A DNA stretch of 64,000 bases. It comes from Bacillota bacterium. GTDB taxonomy: Bacteria > Bacillota > Clostridia > Peptostreptococcales > Anaerovoracaceae. Below, piece by piece: positions 16,014 through 25,348 of the stretch (the first letter of the stretch is position 1; the number at the start of each line of letters is the position of its first letter). A program made the translations under genes and the position numbers. The notes under the pieces were generated by a model, which saw nothing but the letters and a program-made list of their open reading frames with translations, searched no databases and was not told the origin of the DNA. The DNA lies in NCBI GenBank assembly GCA_019420525.1, contig JAHZHA010000027.1, positions 38,050 through 102,049 of the forward strand. Direction: 5' to 3'.

Positions 16014-18947
16014 TTATCTTTTCTCCGCCGTTCCGGCGATATTAAATAATCTGTACAAGAATGTCACCATCTGTTCTCTGGTGCACGCTTTGTCCGGACT
16101 GAAAAGGTTCTCAGCGGTGCCTCTCGTAATGCAGAAGAAATCAGCCCATTTCACGGAGTTTTCGTAATATGCGCCCTTTTCTACATCATCGAACTGATTT
16201 TCTATCAGAACTTTCGGTGTGCCTTCATATCTCCAGAGGAAACTTACGATTTCCGCACGGGTACACATCTTATCCGGGCTGAACGTGGTGTCGGATGTTC
16301 CGGAGGTTATGCCGTTCTCCACCGCCCACAGTACAGCATCGCGATAATAAACGTCATCCGCCACGTCTTCAAAGATCATATCCGATCCTTCCGGAGCCGG
16401 AGAACCCGCAGCGCGCCAGATGAACGTCATGGCCTGGGCACGGCTGCAGACATCTGTTCCGTTGAATTCTTCGGCGGTTCCGCTGGTGGTGATACCGTGT
16501 TCAAAGACCCACTTCATGGCTTTCACAGTATCATCCATGACGGTCACTGTCATGCTGTTGGAAGTGATTCCCCCGGCAGATGCTTTCAGTACATATGTGC
16601 CGCCAGAAGGAACTGTCAGGATATTCTCTTTGTTGATGGTTCCTGCTCCGCTTTCGCAAGTCCAAGTAATCTTAGAATCCGAATCAAAGGCATCGCCGTA
16701 CTGGTCAAGGGTCTGAACCTGAATGTTATTCAGATCCAGCGCATTGCCGGCGCTCACATACATTTCATAGGAGTCCGGAATCAGGATGCTGTCCAGGGCA
16801 CGTGCCGGCAGAGCCGTCACTTCTACCCATTCGGACATCACGTCTCCGCAGAGAGCGCGGACGTGGTACGTTCCCGGTTTGGAGAAAGAGACCATACCGG
16901 CTTCCACAGTGATGCCGTTCAGTTCTTTCGCTTCCCATTCCACCGGATAGCTCACTTCTTTTCCTGTCAGATCTTCCATGCGGACACTGAGCCCGTCGCT
17001 TCCCTGGATAGATTTCGGTTCATCACCCACGATACCGCTCAGTTCTCCGTCCACATAGATATAACCGGCTTTGAGCGTATCCTGGGTATCTGTGACATTT
17101 ACTTCCACTATGGCCGTGCGGCTCAGTTCACTGTTCGTGGTGTAGTGTTCCTGGGCTTCCGCGGAATTGTAACAGTCCTCATCGATGATATATTTGAGAT
17201 AAACCGTTCCGTCTTCCGTACCGGCTTCCAGGCGGGTATAACCGCTCACCGGATCTGTAACCAGCTTCGCTATATTGCTGCTGGTCGTCTCATTTCCGTT
17301 TTCATCCAGGAGAATCCATTCGCCGTTCAGCTTGTTGAAACCGTAGTACTCGCCGTTTTCCCGGTTATAGCCGGTCAGTTCAATGTTATTTACATAGTAA
17401 GGAGTTCCCGGCATCAGGTTCAGCGTCAGCATCGGGTATACAAGAGCCACACGGTCCAGCGGAAGGCATGCGATCAGACCATCGACTTTGTTAATCATGG
17501 AATCTTCTTTTATCTCGAACGTCGCTCCTGTCTCCGACATCGGCGCCGTCGTCGCGAGACTCTTCACCTTATCTTCGAGGCCGCTGTTATTTTTGAACAG
17601 CGTCTGCCAGTTTATATAATTTTCATCGATCAGAGTCTTTTCCACGACACCACGCTGGTACAGGTCTTCCCGGGCAGTGCCTTCAAATGTCGCCAGTTTT
17701 TTTGTGGCACATCTGGCATTATTTGAGCTTGGATCCAGCGTATATTCCACAAATGTCACGTTGAAATTCAGAGCCACCGCACAATCGTATTTCGTCGTCG
17801 TCGTCGTCTCGCTTTCAGTCTGCTCCAGCATGACATTCGTATACGGCGGAAGGGTTACCGCCACATCGCTGTGTTCCGACATCTGTTCCGTCGTCGATTC
17901 GGATTCCGACCAGCCCTCTTCTATGGAATTTGAAAAACACGCGGATATGGAACCCTCGATATGCCAGTTTACTTTGTTCTCCCCGACCCCAAATTCATAT
18001 CCTCCACCTCCGCTCAGGCCGACAGATCCTCCGTATGTATACGAATTGCTGCCGTTGATCTCACTGGTAAACGTGGTGGTGTACGTGGTATCCAGTCCCT
18101 GAGTGGCGGTAACCGTAGCCGTCGTCTCGTTTCTCACGTCCGAGAGTTTGTTCATGCCGCCGGCAACCGGCTCACTCACCGTGGTCTGAAAATAATCTTC
18201 GTTGTATTCCGGTACGATGGGCGTCACGGAAAAATCGCTGAAGATCACACCTAAAACCTGATAATGACCTTTTTTATTCGTTCCGCTGGTTTTATAGGCT
18301 CCTGTCATCATCCAGAAAGTGTCGCTTTCCGAATCTCTGGCTGCAAGATCTTCATTATGCTTGATTGCGGCATCTTCATCCGTCTGATTGGATTTCGGAT
18401 ACTTCTCCTCACGTCCGCCGCCGGCATTTCGGTAATCTATGAAGATCTGATCTTCCATGGACTGCGCCGCAGCTGCCACAGAGGATGCATACCTCAGGCC
18501 ACTGGAGCGTACATCGTATTTGTTGTCCTCGTCATCATCCTTCACGTCGTCTTTCGAATATTGTGATACATCGCCCGTGCTGATAGCCAGCCCATCATAA
18601 AGCACCTGCCCGAACTGTGTTTTGAATTTACTGTCACTCGTACCTGCACCGTTTGCCTTCTGAATGGTATAACCCAGATACTGCCACAGAGATGCCGTGG
18701 ACTCATCGTCCAGATTACTGTTTTTAGCGGACAGCAGATCCTGCGTAAACAGACGGGTGCTGTCTTCAAAATGTTGGCTCTGCCCGTCGAAATACGTCAC
18801 GCCGTTATACTTCAGCTCTGACGCAGGATCCGCAGAGTCCCCCGTATCGCTGTCTTCCGCGTAAACGACTGCCGGAAATGTTCCCAGGCAAACGGCAAGA
18901 GACAGCAATATGCTCAGCAGACGATTCTTCCTTTTCATAAGAGTCTT
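16014..18947 (-). CDS. Large secreted cell-wall-anchored protein: signal peptide, Ser/Thr-rich beta-rich N-domain, Big_2-like Ig domains, three C-terminal SLH domains
   Basis: True start MKRKNRLLSILLSLAVCLGTFPAVVYA (signal peptide) at 18947, with RBS AGGGGGAGGAAG. The ORF-track start at 19220 is an over-extension. Three C-terminal repeats carry SLH consensus (FSPDK.CTRAE...FL.R). Big_2-like segments lie in the middle. Confidence 0.75.
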   Translation of the reverse strand, partial: KTLMKRKNRLLSILLSLAVCLGTFPAVVYAEDSDTGDSADPASELKYNGVTYFDGQSQHFEDSTRLFTQDLLSAKNSNLDDESTASLWQYLGYTIQKANGAGTSDSKFKTQFGQVLYDGLAISTGDVSQYSKDDVKDDDEDNKYDVRSSGLRYASSVAAAAQSMEDQIFIDYRNAGGGREEKYPKSNQTDEDAAIKHNEDLAARDSESDTFWMMTGAYKTSGTNKKGHYQVLGVIFSDFSVTPIVPEYNEDYFQTTVSEPVAGGMNKLSDVRNETTATVTATQGLDTTYTTTFTSEINGSNSYTYGGSVGLSGGGGYEFGVGENKVNWHIEGSISACFSNSIEEGWSESESTTEQMSEHSDVAVTLPPYTNVMLEQTESETTTTTKYDCAVALNFNVTFVEYTLDPSSNNARCATKKLATFEGTAREDLYQRGVVEKTLIDENYINWQTLFKNNSGLEDKVKSLATTAPMSETGATFEIKEDSMINKVDGLIACLPLDRVALVYPMLTLNLMPGTPYYVNNIELTGYNRENGEYYGFNKLNGEWILLDENGNETTSSNIAKLVTDPVSGYTRLEAGTEDGTVYLKYIIDEDCYNSAEAQEHYTTNSELSRTAIVEVNVTDTQDTLKAGYIYVDGELSGIVGDEPKSIQGSDGLSVRMEDLTGKEVSYPVEWEAKELNGITVEAGMVSFSKPGTYHVRALCGDVMSEWVEVTALPARALDSILIPDSYEMYVSAGNALDLNNIQVQTLDQYGDAFDSDSKITWTCESGAGTINKENILTVPSGGTYVLKASAGGITSNSMTVTVMDDTVKAMKWVFEHGITTSGTAEEFNGTDVCSRAQAMTFIWRAAGSPAPEGSDMIFEDVADDVYYRDAVLWAVENGITSGTSDTTFSPDKMCTRAEIVSFLWRYEGTPKVLIENQFDDVEKGAYYENSVKWADFFCITRGTAENLFSPDKACTREQMVTFLYRLFNIAGTAEKR

Positions 18948-19119
18948 CCTCCCCCTTCCTTTTTTCTCAGCATTATCTTCTGCGACCGGATTTCTCTTCT
19001 CTCCGAAAGGAAAATTCCGGTTCCGCATCAATTTTACTACACATCTTTTTACACTGTAAATCCGTCCAAAGTATGATTCCTGCCGTTTTCCGGCCCGAAA
19101 AAAGAAAAATTTCTTTTTT

Positions 19120-19368
19120 TCACCTTTGATCGCTGACGGACGCGCTGCTGTTGCCGGCCTCCAGAGCGGAAACGGGGTCATACGTCGCCTCCTGACTGCC
19201 GTCTCCACCGGGAAGCGCACCTTCCTTCACATACAGATTATATGTGTCCGGACCGGCGCTTCCGGCAGGACCCGTGACTCCTGTCGCTCCTGTCGGGCCC
19301 GGAATTTGACACATCTGTATGCATGGTATACAGTAGTTTATATAAAATCCGTTTTGATCATAATGCAT
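19120..19368 (-). CDS. Small Cys-containing protein with a short collagen-like G-X-Y tract
   Basis: RBS GGAGG 7 nt before ATG (MHYDQNGFYINYCIPCIQMCQIP...). Six consecutive GXY triplets (GPTGATGVTGPAGSAGP). Lies directly upstream of, and co-directional with, the SLH protein gene. Confidence 0.4.
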   Translation of the reverse strand: MHYDQNGFYINYCIPCIQMCQIPGPTGATGVTGPAGSAGPDTYNLYVKEGALPGGDGSQEATYDPVSALEAGNSSASVSDQR

Positions 19369-19513
19369 GGTAAAACCTCCAGATTTCTGTTTTCCCATAT
19401 TTTATGATTCAAAAAACACATTCGCTCCGTGCTTATTTGCCGATAACAACCTCCTGTGGAAGTCACAAAGTGATGTGTCATGGACAGCTAGGAAGCGTCA
19501 GAAGAACCTTCGC

Positions 19514-19542
19514 TTGACAATATGCATAGGATATAGTATTAT
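19514..19542 (+). promoter_or_regulatory. Sigma-A-type promoter for the CDF transporter leader
   Basis: TTGACA, 17-nt spacer, TATTAT. Confidence 0.35.
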
Positions 19543-19709
19543 TTTATAAATTTTTTGCACTGCATTGCGTCCTGCTTCAGGATGCGAGATCAACAGTACA
19601 AACTGAGCAGGCGATAGACCGATAGGTTTATGGGGCCGGGCCGCTGATGCGGCAGCAGATTGTCATTAACATCTGTGGGACAGTTGTATGTTCCGCAGAT
19701 GTTTTTTTA
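19543..19709 (+). promoter_or_regulatory. Structured 5' leader with intrinsic terminator (attenuator) upstream of the CDF exporter; candidate metal (NiCo/czcD-type) riboswitch
   Basis: An 8-bp hairpin GCGUCCUG-CUU-CAGGAUGC. Further GC stems, then the terminator ACATCTG...CAGATGT + TTTTTTT at 19669-19709, about 90 nt before the start codon at 19796. Confidence 0.35.
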
Positions 19710-19795
19710 TTCATTCGAAGAACAGATTATCTCGAAAAGTGCTCATGAGAGAATTATCACTGCCATCATATGTGACAAAACAGGAGGATACCTTT

Positions 19796-20839
19796 ATGGC
19801 AACCAGACATGAAAAAACAAATCCGTCCGCTTCCCGGCCAGTCGACGAAACAGCGGTTATCAGGAATCTGTCGCTAGTCAGCGTGATTGGAAATGCGATA
19901 CTCTCGGGATTCAAAATGTTTGCCGGAATTGTCGGCAATTCCGGTGCAATGATTTCAGATGCAATCCACTCTTTCTCCGATGTACTTACCACACTGATCG
20001 CCTGGATTGGTGTGAAGGCATCAAAAAGGGACGCTGACAGTTCCCATCCGTATGGTCATGAACGTTTGGAATGTGTGGCATCTCTGCTCCTGGGCCTGGT
20101 ACTGATGGTGACAGGTATCGGTGTCGGTAAAGTAGGTGTGGAAAATATCCTGTCAGGAAATTACGAAACCCTTACCATTCCCGGTTCCATCGCTCTTGCA
20201 GCGGCTATTATCTCCATCATAGGCAAAGAAGCGATGTACTGGTACACGCGTTACTATGCAAAACTGATCAATTCAGCCGCCTTCATGGCGGATGCCTGGC
20301 ATCATCGTTCCGACGCCTTTTCTTCCATCGGATCTCTGATCGGTATCGGCGGGGCGATGCTGGGATTTCCGGTGATGGATTCCGCAGCAAGCGTCGTGAT
20401 CTGCATCTTTATCATGAAAGTTGCCTATGATATTACAAAAGATGCACTTGTCAAAATGCTGGATACTTCCTGCGGTGCAGATTACGAGAAAAAACTGACG
20501 GAAGATATACTGGCGCAAGAGGATGTACTTCGTGTCGATATGCTCCGGTCCAGAATGTTCGGCAACAAAGTCTATATCGATCTGGAAATATCTGTGGACG
20601 GCGATAAATCCCTCTGGGAGGCTCATGAAGTGGCTGAACGCGTCCATAGAAATGTTGAGCAGTGTTTTTCCGACGTCAAGCACATTATGATTCATGTGAA
20701 TCCGATTCATTGTGCATCAAATGAACAGCGACTGCCTGCTGACAATGATCCCGGTCGGCAAATTGACAATTTACACAGAAGTACAGCGCAAACGAAGATG
20801 ACGGATAAAAACAGCAGCAAGCGCAATGCTTTTGTGTAA
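19796..20839 (+). CDS. Cation diffusion facilitator (CDF) family divalent-metal efflux transporter
   Basis: Six TM helices and a cytoplasmic C-terminal domain. The HPYGHERLE motif is typical of CzcD/FieF-like CDFs. RBS AGGAGG 8 nt before ATG (MATRHEK...). The ORF-track start at 19688 is an over-extension through the leader terminator. Confidence 0.75.
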   Translation: MATRHEKTNPSASRPVDETAVIRNLSLVSVIGNAILSGFKMFAGIVGNSGAMISDAIHSFSDVLTTLIAWIGVKASKRDADSSHPYGHERLECVASLLLGLVLMVTGIGVGKVGVENILSGNYETLTIPGSIALAAAIISIIGKEAMYWYTRYYAKLINSAAFMADAWHHRSDAFSSIGSLIGIGGAMLGFPVMDSAASVVICIFIMKVAYDITKDALVKMLDTSCGADYEKKLTEDILAQEDVLRVDMLRSRMFGNKVYIDLEISVDGDKSLWEAHEVAERVHRNVEQCFSDVKHIMIHVNPIHCASNEQRLPADNDPGRQIDNLHRSTAQTKMTDKNSSKRNAFV

Positions 20840-20867
20840 AATTGAATAACTGTCTTAAGATATAGAT

Positions 20868-20915
20868 AAAAAAGTCCGAATTGCCTGGAATTATAAGGCA
20901 TTCGGACTTTTTAAA
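20868..20915. terminator. Bidirectional intrinsic terminator (CDF gene / tRNA-Ser)
   Basis: AAAAAGTCCGAA...TTCGGACTTTTT symmetric hairpin with A/T runs on both sides. Confidence 0.5.
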
Positions 20916-20918
20916 TTC

Positions 20919-21007
20919 TGGCGGAGAAGGTGGGATTCGAACCCACGTGCCCCGGAGGGCAACCGCATTTCGAGTGCGGCTCGTTATGACCACTTCGATA
21001 CTTCTCC
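20919..21007 (-). tRNA. tRNA-Ser (anticodon CGA), 89 nt with long variable arm, CCA encoded
   Basis: Cloverleaf built by hand: acceptor GGAGAAG/CTTCTCC, anticodon loop CUCGAAA, long variable arm, T-loop GGTTCGAATCC. Confidence 0.85.
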
Positions 21008-21112
21008 AAATATAAAATGAATTTTTACAAAACGGCGGACAGCTCAGGCCGCCGCCGAACAAAATTTACCTATATAATATATCACCATCCAGCATTCGGG
21101 TCAACCGGAATT

Positions 21113-21925
21113 TCAGATCACGATCTCCATTCCTGTAAAAATCTGGTGTATGGAATCTCCCAGCACACTCTCCAGCACGTCAAAAGCTTTTTCTCCGGTA
21201 CAATGTCCGGTATAAATTTCCCGGACGCCGGTTTCCCTGATGCTTTCCGCCAACCGGCGCACTTCTTCTTCAGATGATTCGTAGAGATGGAAACCTCCGA
21301 TCAGTGCGAAGATCTTTTTCCCCGGAAATGCTTCCTGTATTTCCCGTATGATGCAATCCGCTCCGCCGTGGGAACAGCTGTTGAAAATGACGATTCCTTT
21401 TTCCGTATCGAGCACCAGGCTCTGTTCGTGATCGAAACAGTCGGGACACCAGCGTCCTTCGCGTCGCACATACATCCCGGCTTTTTTTCCTTTTTCTCCC
21501 AGATCCGGAGCCGTATGCGGAAGCAGAAAAACTCCGGGGAGAATCTCCTCTTTCCCTTCGACGTAGCGTATTCTTTCCCGGAATCTGCTCAGAAATCCCC
21601 GGTGAATTCCGATATATCTGTGGAAGATCCATTTTCTGGTATAACAGTCCTCTCCCGCACCTTTTCTGAGATAAAAAGGTGCTTTCGCGTTCCGGGCGAA
21701 GAATTCCGCCATTCCGTCGGCATGATCGTAATGCGCGTGAGACAACACACCCGCGTCGACCTTTTCCAGGGAAATGCCCAGGGCCTCCGCATTTTCGGCA
21801 AAAGCTCCCGATGCCCCTGTGTCCAGCAGAATCTTCCATCCGTCGTGTTCGATGTATACAGACAGCCCCCACTCCTTTTTCAGCATACCTTTTGTCAGAT
21901 TGTCGATCAGAATTACTGCTTTCAT
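21113..21925 (-). CDS. MBL-fold metallo-hydrolase
   Basis: HxHxDH metal-binding motif (SHAHYDHADG). Confidence 0.7.
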   Translation of the reverse strand: MKAVILIDNLTKGMLKKEWGLSVYIEHDGWKILLDTGASGAFAENAEALGISLEKVDAGVLSHAHYDHADGMAEFFARNAKAPFYLRKGAGEDCYTRKWIFHRYIGIHRGFLSRFRERIRYVEGKEEILPGVFLLPHTAPDLGEKGKKAGMYVRREGRWCPDCFDHEQSLVLDTEKGIVIFNSCSHGGADCIIREIQEAFPGKKIFALIGGFHLYESSEEEVRRLAESIRETGVREIYTGHCTGEKAFDVLESVLGDSIHQIFTGMEIVI

Positions 21926-22671
21926 CTTTCTCTCTCCCTGGGAATTTTTACTTTCAGTGTCTTTAGATATGCCTTTGTTTCATCACTGATCCTCCGGCTT
22001 TCCACCGCCTTCTGCAGCGCTTTGTTGTGTATCCACGGATCAAGAACCGGGGAGTCCGAAGTAAAATACGGGATTGTGGCCTCGTACTGTTTCACTAATG
22101 CGATGCTGAAATACCATGCCACTGCCATCTTGACATAATATTCTTCTGAAAGGACGCCTGCAGCCAGATCCAGCATCTCCGGTTCAAAGACGCCGTCATC
22201 CAGAAAAAATTCCAGCAGTGTCACCAATCCGAACCGCACGGTATATGTATGGTCACTTTTCAGCCACTCCCTGATTTTCCCATGAACTCTGGGAAGATCT
22301 CTCCGGAAAATTTTCGGAGAGATCATATCACAGGTAGCCCAGTTATCGATATACGGCAGAAAGATCTCCAGATTTTTCAGAAATTCTTCCAGATCTCTGT
22401 AAAGAAACGTCAGCAGCGCTCCATGAAGGTTATTCTCCTCATAATAGTGATGAGGCAACTCTGCGAGAAAGTTTCTGATAGTTTCATCCTCCGGCTTTCC
22501 GTCCTTCCGGATGCCGCCCCGGCCGGCCAGCTCTTTCGCGTATTGCCGCAAAGCCGGCATTCTGACTCCGATGATACATTCCGGATCCGTTTCCGGCATC
22601 AGTTTCGAATGAAACTGCCGGTATTTTTCATCCTGCAGGGCAAACAGTCCCTGTCTGATTTCCTCCATCAA
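21922..22671 (-). CDS. DNA alkylation repair protein (AlkD/AlkC-like HEAT-repeat glycosylase family)
   Basis: All-helical repeat protein with N-terminal ...RMPALRQYAKEL... pattern typical of the DNA_alkylation family. Overlaps the next gene by 4 nt. Confidence 0.55.
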   Translation of the reverse strand: MMEEIRQGLFALQDEKYRQFHSKLMPETDPECIIGVRMPALRQYAKELAGRGGIRKDGKPEDETIRNFLAELPHHYYEENNLHGALLTFLYRDLEEFLKNLEIFLPYIDNWATCDMISPKIFRRDLPRVHGKIREWLKSDHTYTVRFGLVTLLEFFLDDGVFEPEMLDLAAGVLSEEYYVKMAVAWYFSIALVKQYEATIPYFTSDSPVLDPWIHNKALQKAVESRRISDETKAYLKTLKVKIPRERER

Positions 22672-23537
22672 AACTTCTCCCGGTGAATTTTCTGTGTCAG
22701 CAGGCTGTCTTCCGGATACGCCTCGCCGTGCTCCTGCGGCATTCCAAGGGAAAGAATGGCTTCGAGACGGTGGGTTTCCGGGAACTGCAGAAGATCTCTC
22801 AGATATTCTTCAGTAGTCTGTCCGTTTTCCGCTTCTCTCAGTCTTCCCTGAATCCAGCAGCTGCCCAGTCCCAGAGCGTCTGCCGCCAGATGCATGTATG
22901 CCATGGCGATAGAACAGTCCTCCGTCCAGACGTCCTGCTTTTCGCCGTCGGCGATGACCACGATGGCCGTATCAGCGAAAGCCAGCATCTTCGCCGCACC
23001 TACTCTGCACTCCGCCATCTTTTCCAGAGTCTCTTTCTCTCTCACTACGATGAATTCCCACGGACGGATAGCCCGGCCGGAAGGAGACAGCAGACCGGCT
23101 TTCAGAACTTTTTCCAGAGCTTCCTGAGGCACGGCTTCTCCTGTATATCTTCTGACGCTGCGTCTGCTGCGCATATTTTCCAGAAGTTCCGCCCCTTTTT
23201 CCGTGCCCCGGATAATCAGTGCCATAAAAGAAAGAGGCTCGTCTCCAATGCAGCGGATATCATGCCCGCATCCATTCTCACAGAAAAAAATATCCCCCGG
23301 GGATGCCGGCACTTTCGTGCCGTAGTCGTCGTATTCACCTTTTCCGGATAGAATGTAATACGTCTCCGTCTCTCCGTGATGTTCGTGATATCCGAGAACG
23401 GCCCCCGGCTCCATCGTAACTCTCGCGAAAAGACCGCACTTTCCGTCCATCTGTTCTTCTGTAAGGAATTCCTCCACCGTAATCTGTGCTCCTGTACTGC
23501 TCTTTCTCGTTCTGACATTTATCTCATCAATCTTCAT
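22668..23537 (-). CDS. Cupin-domain / nitroreductase-domain fusion protein
   Basis: Cupin motif G.HEHHGETETYYILSG in the N-terminal half. The C-terminal half resembles NADH-flavin nitroreductases (RRSVRRY...). ATG at 23537 with an RBS is preferred over GTG at 23579. Confidence 0.6.
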   Translation of the reverse strand: MKIDEINVRTRKSSTGAQITVEEFLTEEQMDGKCGLFARVTMEPGAVLGYHEHHGETETYYILSGKGEYDDYGTKVPASPGDIFFCENGCGHDIRCIGDEPLSFMALIIRGTEKGAELLENMRSRRSVRRYTGEAVPQEALEKVLKAGLLSPSGRAIRPWEFIVVREKETLEKMAECRVGAAKMLAFADTAIVVIADGEKQDVWTEDCSIAMAYMHLAADALGLGSCWIQGRLREAENGQTTEEYLRDLLQFPETHRLEAILSLGMPQEHGEAYPEDSLLTQKIHREKF

Positions 23538-23747
23538 ATTTTCCGCCTTTCTGCTTCTGTTTTCAACATTTTTTCCCACTGTACTTAACTGTACTGCGAC
23601 CTTTTTTTGTAATTTTTTTCATTATATCACATATATCATACACCCTACATCCTGCAATTCTTCCGTTGAATTATGGAGATTCTGTTGTTACAATCAATAG
23701 CGTACGGTCTTACGGCCGCATGAATTTAACAGAAAGGTCTCAGATAA

Positions 23748-24464
23748 ATGACAAGAGAAAAAGGAATAAAGCGAAAGGCTTTCAAAGCCGCCTTTCCATA
23801 TACCATACCCATTTTCGCCGGGTTCTGGTTTCTCGGCCTGACCTACGGCATCTACATGAATGTCTCCGGTTTCAGCTTCTGGTACCCCATGTTGATGAGC
23901 ATCACTATTTTCGCCGGCTCCGTGGAATTCATAACGGTCAATATGCTGCTGGGATCCTTCAGTCCTCTTCAGGCACTGACCATGACTCTGATGGTCAATG
24001 CCCGCCATCTCTTTTACGGTATTTCGATGCTGGACCGTTTTAAGGGCACCGGTCTCAAAAAAATCTATCTGATCTACGGAATGTGCGACGAATCTTTTTC
24101 TATCAATTACACTGCCGACATCCCCAAAGATGTAGATCGGGGCTGGTTTATGTTTTTCGTGACAATGCTGAATCAGTTTTACTGGGTTTCGGGATCAACT
24201 CTGGGAGGTATCTTTGGTTCTTTCATTCACTTCAATACGGAAGGCCTTGAGTTTGTTATGACAGCTATGTTTGTTGTGATCTTTATGGAACAGTGGATGA
24301 AAGATAAAAATCACACCAGCGCAGTAATCGGTATTATTCTCTCGCTGCTCTGTCTAATGGTCTTCGGATCAGAAGACTTCATTATCCCGTCTATGATAGC
24401 TATTCTGGGCGTTTTAACACTGATACGCGGAAACCTGGAAGGGAAAGGAGATCGCCTCTCATGA
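23748..24464 (+). CDS. azlC: AzlC-family branched-chain amino-acid transporter subunit
   Basis: Polytopic membrane protein; its N-terminus and overall length match the AzlC family. Translationally coupled (ATGA) to azlD. Confidence 0.75.
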   Translation: MTREKGIKRKAFKAAFPYTIPIFAGFWFLGLTYGIYMNVSGFSFWYPMLMSITIFAGSVEFITVNMLLGSFSPLQALTMTLMVNARHLFYGISMLDRFKGTGLKKIYLIYGMCDESFSINYTADIPKDVDRGWFMFFVTMLNQFYWVSGSTLGGIFGSFIHFNTEGLEFVMTAMFVVIFMEQWMKDKNHTSAVIGIILSLLCLMVFGSEDFIIPSMIAILGVLTLIRGNLEGKGDRLS

Positions 24465-24787
24465 CACTCACACAGCAGATTATCACCGTGGCCATGGTGG
24501 TCCTCGGTACACTCATCACACGCTTTCTGCCGTTTATCGCCTTCCCTTCGGGAAAACCCACGCCGAAATACATCCGATACCTGGGCGGAGTCCTGCCCGC
24601 TGCTGTATTCGGTCTCCTGGTGGTATACAGTCTCAAAGACGTCAGTCTTCTTTCCGGAAGTCACGGTATTCCGGAAGCGGTCTCTCTGACGGCTGTAGTT
24701 GTGCTCCACATCTGGAAACGCCAGATGCTCCTCTCTATCGCCGGCGGCACGCTGCTTTACATGCTGCTGGTTCAGCTGGTGTTCTGA
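24461..24787 (+). CDS. azlD: AzlD-family branched-chain amino-acid transport protein
   Basis: About 108 aa, three TM helices, downstream of and overlapping azlC. Confidence 0.7.
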   Translation: MTLTQQIITVAMVVLGTLITRFLPFIAFPSGKPTPKYIRYLGGVLPAAVFGLLVVYSLKDVSLLSGSHGIPEAVSLTAVVVLHIWKRQMLLSIAGGTLLYMLLVQLVF

Positions 24788-24830
24788 GCCGTTCCCGGCG
24801 GAAATGTATCCCTTGACAACGTTTCTCCGT

Positions 24831-24859
24831 TTGACAGAAAAAAGACCAGCGAATATAAT
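24831..24859 (+). promoter_or_regulatory. Consensus sigma-A promoter for the DUF3842 gene
   Basis: TTGACA - 17 nt - TATAAT (perfect hexamers). Confidence 0.55.
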
Positions 24860-24946
24860 TATTTCTGTTACCGGAGGGTGTCGCTGCCGGCGGAAATCCC
24901 TGCGGAAATACGAAAAGAAATGACATTCAAATCAGAGGAAATAAAT

Positions 24947-25348
24947 ATGAACATCTTGATTATCGACGCTCAGGGAGGAGGCATAGGAAAAGCGCTGGTG
25001 ACGGCCGTCAGAAAAAATCTGCCGGACGCCTCTGTGACAGCGGTAGGCACAAACAGCGCCGCCACATCGGCCATGCTCCGGGCCGGCGCTCACAACGCCG
25101 CCACCGGTGAAAACGCAGTCGTCGTAAACTGCCGCAGAGCCAACGTCATCATGGGGCCTGTAGGCATCGTCATCGCCGATTCGCTTCTGGGAGAGATCAC
25201 TCCTGCCATGGCGAAAGCCGTAGGTCAGAGTCCTGCAAAGAGGATTCTCATCCCTGTAAATCACTGCGACAACATCGTAGTAGGTGTCCCCGACCTGAAT
25301 ATCACCGCCCTGATTCAGGAAGCCGTTCGGGAGGCGGCACAGCTTTAA
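24947..25348 (+). CDS. DUF3842-family protein
   Basis: MNILIIDAQGGGIGK... N-terminus characteristic of DUF3842. RBS GAGGAAATAAAT. The ORF-track start at 24878 is over-extended. The overlapping minus ORF 24932-25396 is rejected. Confidence 0.5.
   Translation: MNILIIDAQGGGIGKALVTAVRKNLPDASVTAVGTNSAATSAMLRAGAHNAATGENAVVVNCRRANVIMGPVGIVIADSLLGEITPAMAKAVGQSPAKRILIPVNHCDNIVVGVPDLNITALIQEAVREAAQL

Noticed and set aside
16497-17726. 409-aa plus-strand ORF
   Set aside because: It is antisense to the SLH/Big_2 surface protein gene. The spurious frame is His/Arg/Phe-rich.
18948-19220. N-terminal 91 codons of ORF-track entry 16014-19220
   Set aside because: This over-extension runs through the intergenic region and the small collagen-like ORF. 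The real start at 18947 has a strong RBS and a signal peptide.
20685-21062. 125-aa minus ORF
   Set aside because: It overlaps the tRNA-Ser gene and an AT-rich intergenic region. No coding signal.
21270-22138. Overlapping 200-283-aa ORFs on both strands across the MBL hydrolase gene
   Set aside because: The MBL-fold frame carries the HxHxDH motif. The others are alternate or antisense frames of the same GC-rich DNA.
23580-23747. Possible T-box or riboswitch upstream of azlC
   Set aside because: The 5' region is AT-rich with no convincing terminator/antiterminator pair or conserved riboswitch boxes.
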